Position numbers and translations under genes: made by a program | Part shown: one piece after another, positions 19,037-25,116 of the stretch | Position numbering within the stretch: the stretch's first letter is position 1 | Layout: each line of letters begins with the position of its first letter | Assembly (NCBI GenBank): GCA_038231435.1 | Contig: JBBRLJ010000061.1 | Location: 1 to 25,116, forward strand | Origin: Planctomycetota bacterium | GTDB lineage: Bacteria; Planctomycetota; UBA11346 | Direction: 5' to 3' | DNA: 25,116 nt | The notes under the pieces: model-generated | Seen by the model: only the letters and a program-made list of their open reading frames with translations | Told to the model about the DNA's origin: nothing | The model's database searches: none

Positions 19037-20158
19037 CTATTTCTTCTTTCCGCCCTTCTTCTTGTCGGGCTTGGGCTCCCCGGCCTCGGGCAGGTCCTCG
19101 CCGAAGGACGCCTGCAAGCCCGGATCCGCCGCGCTCAACTTCTCGACGCCCGCCGGCGTGGCCTTGGTCTGCCACAGGTACAGCGACTTGAGGTGGACCA
19201 GGCTGGCGAGCTGGGCGAGGCCCGCGTCGGTGACCTTGGTGCCGTAGAGATTCAGGTATTCGAGCTGGGTCAGGCCGGCGAGGTGGGCGAGACCCTTGTC
19301 GCCGATCTCCGTCTTCTCGAGGTGCAGCCGGGTCAGCCGCTTGAGGCCTTCGAGGTGCGAGAGGTCGCGGTCGCTCACCTGGGCGCCGGCGAAGTCCAAC
19401 CATACGACGTTGTCCGCCAGGCTTTCGAGCGGCTTGAGCATCTCCGCCGTCAGCGCCGCCTTGGTCTGGCTGAAGTCGAGCTCGATCAACGCCTGGTTGG
19501 CGCTCAGCGGATGCGCGGCGATGCCCATGGCCGCGAGCGACTTCAGGAGCTTGGCGTCCGGAACCTTGACGCCGAGGCTCTGCTGGTCGAGGTCCGTGGT
19601 GGGTAGTGGCGGAAGCTCCTTCTTCACGTCTGGCTTGCTCGCATCGGGCTTGCTCGCATCCGGCTTGGCGTCCGGCTTCGCCTCCGCAGTCGCATCGCTC
19701 TTGGGATCGGCTTTCGCATCCGCCTTGGCGGGAGCAATGGCAGGCGTTGGCGTCGCGGGAACAACCGCAGGCGCGGCGCTGGATGCAGGTCCGAAGTTGG
19801 CGCCCGCCTTGATCCATCGCTCGATGGCGGCGGTCTCGTCCTGGGACAGGTGATCGCCCTTGGCCGGCATGATGTCGTCGTCACCCGCCGGTAGGATCGT
19901 GCGCGTGTAGAGTGGACTCTTGGCCGGATCTCCCGCGACCAGCACCGTCCCGCTCTTGCCACCCTTGGCGATGGCCTCGGGCGAATCGAGGCGCAGGCCG
20001 CCCTTCTGGCGCTTCTCGCCGTGACAGCTGTAACAGGACTGGGCGAGTATCGGCTGGATGGTGGAGGCGTACGCGTCCACAGCGCGCGTGTCCGTGGCGA
20101 ACACTGCGAGCAGGGAGCCGATGGTTGCGAGGCGCGCTATGGCAAGCATGCGGCTCAT
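19037..20158 (-). CDS. Exported planctomycete-type cytochrome c domain (PSCyt1-like) + leucine-rich-repeat protein
   Basis: Signal peptide; IQPILAQSCYSCHG..KQKGGLRLD...GG.SG..LV.GDP..S.L...MP...L...E...I.RWI..GA (CxxCH plus a distal Met); Pro/Ala/Lys/Asp linker; LRRs (LTRLHLEKTEIGDKGL, LEYLNLYGTKVTDAGL, LKSLYLWQTKAT). ATGA overlap with the DUF1501 stop. Confidence 0.9.
   Translation of the reverse strand: MSRMLAIARLATIGSLLAVFATDTRAVDAYASTIQPILAQSCYSCHGEKRQKGGLRLDSPEAIAKGGKSGTVLVAGDPAKSPLYTRTILPAGDDDIMPAKGDHLSQDETAAIERWIKAGANFGPASSAAPAVVPATPTPAIAPAKADAKADPKSDATAEAKPDAKPDASKPDASKPDVKKELPPLPTTDLDQQSLGVKVPDAKLLKSLAAMGIAAHPLSANQALIELDFSQTKAALTAEMLKPLESLADNVVWLDFAGAQVSDRDLSHLEGLKRLTRLHLEKTEIGDKGLAHLAGLTQLEYLNLYGTKVTDAGLAQLASLVHLKSLYLWQTKATPAGVEKLSAADPGLQASFGEDLPEAGEPKPDKKKGGKKK
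19632..19661. repeat. 15-bp coding tandem repeat (KPDAS x2) followed by degenerate 12-bp units
   Basis: ggcttgctcgcatc at 19632-19645 and 19647-19660, encoding part of AKPDAKPDASKPDASKPDVK. Confidence 0.8.
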
Positions 20159-21486
20159 GAGAACAGACCCAGCACCGGGCGCCCCTTGTCGGCGAGCGTG
20201 AACGGCCGCCCGGCCGGGGACAGCACCACCTCATTGAGCGGCAGACCCGCGGCGTAGCCGATGGTGGCGTTGAAATCCTGCACAGACACCGGGCTGTCCG
20301 CCACCATGGCGCCCTGGTCGTCGGTCTTGCCGTGGGCCTGTCCACCCTTCACGCCGCCGCCGGCGAGCAGACACGAGAAGCACTTCGGATAGTGGTTGCG
20401 GCCATTGTTGTCGGTGATCTCGGGAGTGCGGCCGAACTCGGTGGCGACCACCACCAGCGTCTCCTCGAGCAGGCCGCGGTTGGCGAGATCGGGCAGCAGC
20501 GTGCCGAGGCCGCGATCGAGGATCGCCGCCTGGTCCGACACGCGGTCGAAGTTGTCGGTGTGGGTGTCCCAGCCGTTGAGCTCGACCTCGACGAAGCGCA
20601 CGCCGTGCTCGACCAGTCGGCGTGCGAGCAGGCAGCCCTGGCCGAAGGGGCTGTCTCCGTAGCTGTCGCGCATGCCCTGGCTCTCGCCGGAAATGTCGAA
20701 CGCCTTGAGATCCTCGCTCTTCATCAGCGCGACCGCCTCGTCGTAGACGCTCTGGTAGCCGTGGACCTCAGCCTGGTCGTAGCGCGATTGGAACTGCTGG
20801 TTCATCGCCTTCAACATCTCGAGCCGCTTCGCGAACTGCTCCTCGGTGACCCCAGGGGGCTTGGCGCTGTGCTGCAGACCGTCGCTGGGATTGCCGATCA
20901 AGAGCGGTGCGAAGCGAGGGTCGAGGTAGCCGGCGCCCGGATAGTTGCTGTTCCCTTGGATGACGACGTTGCCGGGAATGGTGGGATTGGTGCGCCCCGA
21001 GAAGCGCAACATCCACGCGCCCAACGCCGGGTGCTTCACCGTGCCGCGCAGCGTGTAGCTGGTGTGCATGAAGTAATTGCCCTGCTCGTGGGCGCCTTGG
21101 GTGGAATTCACCGAGCGTACCAGCGCGACGTGATGCATCTGCTTGGCGAGCAGCGGCAGGTATTCGCTCACCTGCACACCGTCGGCCGAGGTCTTGATCG
21201 AGGTCACCGGGCCCTGGGTCTTCGATCCGGGCTTGGTATCGAAGGTGTCGATGTGGCTCATGCCGCCGGCCATGTACAGGTAGATGATGTTCTTGGCCGT
21301 CGGCCGCCGCACCGCCGAGACTGGCGCCGCATCGCCGTCGGCAGCGAACAGCCCGCCCGCGAAGGCGGGGATCAGGCTCACCCCGAGCAGCGCGCGCGCG
21401 CTCTGCGCCAGGAAGGAACGCCGCGTGACCTCGTCACAGCGCGTGGCGATGGCGTGGTCGAAGCGATTGCGGGAAGTGTCGCTCAT
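20155..21486 (-). CDS. DUF1501 family protein with twin-arginine (Tat) signal
   Basis: TRRSFL Tat motif; AKNIIYLYMAGGMSHIDTFD.KP, YG.S.FGQGCLLARRLVE.GVRFVEV, GWDTH, DL..RGLLEETLVVVATEFGRTP, GRNHYP, AGGGVKGG. Start ATG 21486 (track start 21522). Confidence 0.93.
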   Translation of the reverse strand: MSDTSRNRFDHAIATRCDEVTRRSFLAQSARALLGVSLIPAFAGGLFAADGDAAPVSAVRRPTAKNIIYLYMAGGMSHIDTFDTKPGSKTQGPVTSIKTSADGVQVSEYLPLLAKQMHHVALVRSVNSTQGAHEQGNYFMHTSYTLRGTVKHPALGAWMLRFSGRTNPTIPGNVVIQGNSNYPGAGYLDPRFAPLLIGNPSDGLQHSAKPPGVTEEQFAKRLEMLKAMNQQFQSRYDQAEVHGYQSVYDEAVALMKSEDLKAFDISGESQGMRDSYGDSPFGQGCLLARRLVEHGVRFVEVELNGWDTHTDNFDRVSDQAAILDRGLGTLLPDLANRGLLEETLVVVATEFGRTPEITDNNGRNHYPKCFSCLLAGGGVKGGQAHGKTDDQGAMVADSPVSVQDFNATIGYAAGLPLNEVVLSPAGRPFTLADKGRPVLGLFS

Positions 21487-21553
21487 GGGAATTCCATTCG
21501 AAGATCGGTGGCCATGGATCATGGTCGGCAGCGCGGTCGGAAAGGAGTCAGGA

Positions 21554-23548
21554 TCATTGCACGAAGAGGAACTCGTTCGAATTGATCAGCGTCCATACCA
21601 GGTCGGCGGTGCCGTTCGGGCGACCGGCACCGGCGGACATGGCCATCGCCAGCTCCTTAGCGCTCGGCGCGCGCGTGAGGATGGCGAGGTAGGTGGCGCG
21701 GATCCGCGGCTCCTGCCCCGAGATCGGCTCCAGGGATTTCATCAGCGCCGACTGCGGTTGCAGCACGTGCTGGTCGACCACGCCGTTGAGCAGGGTCAGG
21801 GCCTGGGTTACCGCCGGGCTCGCGTTCGCGTTCTCGATCAGGTTGCGGTCTGACTGTCCGAAGTCGCGCAGTAGATGCCCTGGAGGCGCGGGCGAGGGCA
21901 GCTCGGACGCCCGCACTAGGTCGCGCGGATAGCCCTTCCAGCGCGGATCGGTCTCGGGCTGCTGGCGCTTCTTGGCGTAGCCGAGGCTCTTCGCGTCCTC
22001 GTTGAGATCCTGGAGCTGCTGCCTGAGCTCGCGGACCAGCGGATTCTTGGCCAGCTCGCGCTTGTCGTCGGTCTTGGCCGCGAGCTCCTTGAGCTGGTCC
22101 TGGATCTCCTTGCGCTTCTTGATGCTGTCGACCACGTTGGTGACCACGTCCCACAGTTCCTTGGGCGTCTTGTCCTTCATGTCGTCATAGGTCGCGTACT
22201 GGTTCTCGGCATTCGCGCCCTTGCGTTCGTCGACATCGGGCAGCACCAGCGTGAGCAGCGAGTCCCAGGCCTGCTCGGCGCTCATGCGCCGCAACACCGG
22301 GCCAGGGAAGTAGTAGGGCTCGCCAGGATCGACCTCGGTGGTGGTCACGGCGCGCTGGTAGGTCTTGGTGTTGTAGAGGATCTCCTCGAAGACGCGCAGG
22401 TCGTAGCCGACATCCTTCATCAGCTGGGTGAGGTGGGTGAGCAGCTCCGGATCCGACGCCACGGTGGCGTCGGTGAAATTGTCGAGCGGCTCGACCAAGC
22501 CGAGACCCATGACGCGCTTCCACATGCGGTTCGCGATCACGGTGGTGAAGCGCGGATTCTCGGGCGAGGTCATCCAGGCGGCGTAGGCGGCGCGTGGGGA
22601 TTCCCCGTGCTTGATCGCGATCTCGTCGCCGAACATCGCGTGCGCCTTGACCGTCTGGCCGGGCTTGGCGTTGGCGTACTGGTAGTCCTTCGGCAGCTGG
22701 ATGGTGTCCTTGTCCGAGCCGCGCACTTCGAGCCTGACCGAGTCCGCGATGCGCTTGAGGCCCTGCTTCTCCTCCTGCGTTGGCGCGCCGTCGCTGCGCG
22801 CCAGCTTCCTCAGCTGCTTGACCAGTTCCGGATCAGGGCCTTCCGAGACGTTGGCGGTGAACGCGGCCATCTGCATGTATTGCAGGCGCGACCATTTGTC
22901 GAAGGGGTGGTCGTGGCATTGCGCGCACGAGACGCGCGTGCCGAGGAACACCTGCACGGTGTTCGACATGTTGTCCTGGGGCATGCCCGCGTCGCGCACG
23001 TAGTAGCCGGTTGCGCCATTGCCGCGCTCCAGCACCCGGCCCTGCGCGGTCAAGAGCGCGGTGACGAAGCGGTCGTAGGGCATGTCGGCGCGGATCGATT
23101 GCTTGATCCAATCGATGTACGGGTCGCCGGGATACTTCTTCATCGGCGCCGATTCGACGCGCAGCAGGTCGGCCAGATAGTCGAACTGGCGGCTCACCCA
23201 GCCCTCGGAGGCGATCAGCTTGGCGATCAGCTCGCGCCGGCGCTTGGGGCTGTCGTTCTTCGCGAACTCGATGGCTTCGGCGCTGGTGGGGATGCGTCCG
23301 ACGACGTCCAGGTAGCAGCGGCGCAGGAACACCTCGTCGCCGATCTCGGGATTGGGCTTCTGCTGATGCTTCGCCAGGCACGTCTGCACGAGCGCGTCGA
23401 TCGCGGTGGCGGCGGCGGCGATGTCCGGCTTGCGCGCGACTCCGGCGCTCGGGTCGGCTACGCGGCCAGCGGTCTCAGCAGCGAAGGCCGGAGCCGCGAG
23501 TGTCATGGCCAGGGCCAACGCGAAGGCACGACGGATGGATGGGCGCAT
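21554..23548 (-). CDS. DUF1549 + DUF1553 (PSCyt2/PSD1) domain exported protein with a CxxCH motif
   Basis: Signal peptide; DEVFLRRCYLDVVGRIPT, DMPYDRFV..LL.A.G, QVFLGTRVSCAQCHDHPFDKW, NPRFTTVIANRMWKRVMGLGLVEP, PELL..L, RRMSAEQAWDSL, QALTLLN, DLVWTLINSNEFLF. ATG 23548 has AGGAG 7 nt upstream. Confidence 0.93.
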   Translation of the reverse strand: MRPSIRRAFALALAMTLAAPAFAAETAGRVADPSAGVARKPDIAAAATAIDALVQTCLAKHQQKPNPEIGDEVFLRRCYLDVVGRIPTSAEAIEFAKNDSPKRRRELIAKLIASEGWVSRQFDYLADLLRVESAPMKKYPGDPYIDWIKQSIRADMPYDRFVTALLTAQGRVLERGNGATGYYVRDAGMPQDNMSNTVQVFLGTRVSCAQCHDHPFDKWSRLQYMQMAAFTANVSEGPDPELVKQLRKLARSDGAPTQEEKQGLKRIADSVRLEVRGSDKDTIQLPKDYQYANAKPGQTVKAHAMFGDEIAIKHGESPRAAYAAWMTSPENPRFTTVIANRMWKRVMGLGLVEPLDNFTDATVASDPELLTHLTQLMKDVGYDLRVFEEILYNTKTYQRAVTTTEVDPGEPYYFPGPVLRRMSAEQAWDSLLTLVLPDVDERKGANAENQYATYDDMKDKTPKELWDVVTNVVDSIKKRKEIQDQLKELAAKTDDKRELAKNPLVRELRQQLQDLNEDAKSLGYAKKRQQPETDPRWKGYPRDLVRASELPSPAPPGHLLRDFGQSDRNLIENANASPAVTQALTLLNGVVDQHVLQPQSALMKSLEPISGQEPRIRATYLAILTRAPSAKELAMAMSAGAGRPNGTADLVWTLINSNEFLFVQ

Positions 23549-23827
23549 GCCGGAGCTCCTGGTTCCAATGGAATGGTACATGTGCGAGCCCCTTGGCGCT
23601 GTCGCGAATTCCCACAAGACCGCCCGGATTCATGGGGCCATTTGAACCTATCCGGCCTGGACTTGCACGTGCCGGCCTAACCGGTCACCCCGGGAAGGAT
23701 GCTTGAGTGAGGAGACTGCCGACGCCGCGGGCGAGAGCGACCCCGTTACCGTCCAGCAGTCAGCGGAGCCTACGTGATGGTGCCCGCCTGAGCCTCGATG
23801 CGCGACCGCTGTCCGAGAGTCTGCGTT

Positions 23828-24832
23828 TCAAGGAGCGCGCGGAGGCGAGCCCTGGGCCATCGCCAGGTCGACCAGGGATTGGTACGTGGCGTCGCTGGCG
23901 CCTTCGCGCCAAGCTTTGCGCCGGCGCTGATCGGCGAGCGTCGCGCGCGCGCCATCCGCCAAGCCGATGGTGCAGCGGAATTCTGGCACGTCGCGTTTCG
24001 CCTTCGCCGACGAATACGCGCCGTGGTATCGCGTGATGTCCGCGAGCAGGCCGAAGCGGCCGGGATCGCGCTTCACGATGGTGTCCGTGGACAGGCTGAC
24101 CAGCGTGGCGGTGGTGCCAAGGGCCTTGGCCACTTCGCGGTAGTAGTCCCGCCAGGTCAGCACCTCGTCGCGCGTGGCGTTGTAGGCCTGGCCGTAGGTC
24201 TTGGGGTTCATGGCGGCATAGGCGAAGAGCTTGCCGCAATCGTCGCGGTGGGTCGATTGCCAGAGCCCGATGCCGTCGTCGGCAACCAGCGCGGGCAAGC
24301 CCTTGGCGATGCGATCCCACGAGCAGGCATCGAACTCGAGCTGATCGATCAGCGCGCTGCCTTCGCCGTACGTGTGGCTCGGGCGGAGGATCGTGGTCTT
24401 GAAAGCTCCGGCGGCATGGGCGCGCAGCATGACGCGTTCGCAGTCCACCTTGCCACGGCCGTAGCCGCTGATTGGTTCCTGGGGGAAGTCCTCCTCCACC
24501 AACACCTGCGCGCCGATCTTGGTGCCGTAGGTGCATACCGTCGAGCAGAACAGCAGGTGTTCGCAGCGCCCGGTGAATGCGCGCACCGTGGCCTCGGCCT
24601 GGTCGGCGTTGAAGCAGATCATGTCGATGACCGCGTCATAGCGCTTCGCCGCGAAGGCGGCGACGAAGGCGGCGGCGTCATTACGGTCGCCGCGGATCTG
24701 CTCGACCCCGGCCGGCACATCGGTGCTGCGCTCGCCACGATTGTACATGGTCACCGTCGCGCGACGCGCGAGCAGGTGCTTGACGATGCCGACGCTGATC
24801 AGCCCGGTGCCGCCGATGATGAGTACGTTCAT
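23828..24832 (-). CDS. NAD-dependent epimerase/dehydratase family protein (extended/atypical SDR)
   Basis: MNVLIIGGTGLIS, NRG, GDR.D, DAVIDMI, FCSTVCTYG, YGRGK (YxxxK), ILRPSHTYG. The track start at 25054 runs into the repeat; the real start is ATG 24832. Confidence 0.92.
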   Translation of the reverse strand: MNVLIIGGTGLISVGIVKHLLARRATVTMYNRGERSTDVPAGVEQIRGDRNDAAAFVAAFAAKRYDAVIDMICFNADQAEATVRAFTGRCEHLLFCSTVCTYGTKIGAQVLVEEDFPQEPISGYGRGKVDCERVMLRAHAAGAFKTTILRPSHTYGEGSALIDQLEFDACSWDRIAKGLPALVADDGIGLWQSTHRDDCGKLFAYAAMNPKTYGQAYNATRDEVLTWRDYYREVAKALGTTATLVSLSTDTIVKRDPGRFGLLADITRYHGAYSSAKAKRDVPEFRCTIGLADGARATLADQRRRKAWREGASDATYQSLVDLAMAQGSPPRAP

Positions 24833-24975
24833 GCCGCGGAAGATATCATCGCGCCGATGTTTGGCATCCGCCCTCGTCCCGCCCAGCAACTCCTCCCCGG
24901 GGCAGCCCATCTGGACCGCCCCTGCGATAACGAAACCCACACCGCTCCCGGGGCCCCATCGCCCTGCGATGGGGT

Positions 24976-25111
24976 GGGCGCCCGAGGGCGGTCGGCGGAT
25001 ACAATGGGCGTAGCCCATCCGCCGACGATTTCGCCGGCGCTTCGCCGGCGACATCGAGCCCGACCAAGCCCGTGGGGTAGGCCCGTCAGGGCCGTAGGGG
25101 CAACGCCCCTG
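24976..25111. repeat. Multi-hairpin extragenic repeat, copy 3 (diverged, same orientation as copies 1-2)
   Basis: gggcgcccgagggcg-gtcggcggat-acaa-tgggc-gta-gccca-tccgccgac-gatt-tcgccggcg-ctt-cgccggcga-catcg...ggccc-gtca-gggcc-gt-aggggc-aac-gcccct aligns with 108-241. Confidence 0.95.
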
Positions 25112-25116
25112 AGATA

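Noticed and set aside
23600..23700. 6S RNA, suggested by short ccacaaga and ttgaacc words
   Set aside because: I could not build the ~180-nt rod with a central bubble; the short word matches are likely chance.
24833..25054. N-terminal extension of the epimerase ORF to 25054
   Set aside because: It is read-through across the non-coding repeat; the Rossmann motif begins right at ATG 24832.

Overview
A GC-rich (about 70% by eye) bacterial segment, very probably Planctomycetota/PVC, judged from the DUF1549/DUF1553, Tat-exported DUF1501 and planctomycete cytochrome c genes, the Ser/Thr kinase-FGE fusion and the duplicated ABC-2 permease. I call 16 coding genes, from left to right: a MacAB-type ABC exporter trio; a SulP/STAS anion transporter; a secreted IPT/Ig surface protein with a Cys-Gly/TM/RRRR C-terminal sorting tail; a coupled pair of a membrane Ser/Thr kinase with an extracytoplasmic FGE-sulfatase-like domain and a predicted outer-membrane beta-barrel protein; a K+-dependent, probably Na+-pumping membrane pyrophosphatase; an AraC regulator divergent from two tandem paralogous PhyH-like Fe/2OG dioxygenases plus an SDR; an orphan double-module ABC-2 permease; a DUF1549/1553 - DUF1501 - cytochrome c/LRR operon; and an NAD-dependent epimerase. 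Both window ends carry copies of the same ~135-bp non-coding multi-hairpin repeat with GTAG motifs and GNA-type loops: two tandem copies at the left end and one diverged copy at the right end. This repeat, the kinase/beta-barrel pair and the split DUF1553/DUF1501/cytochrome-LRR operon are the most interesting items. No rRNA, tRNA, CRISPR array, transposase or reverse transcriptase was recognised. All family assignments come from motif recognition by eye, not from database searches.
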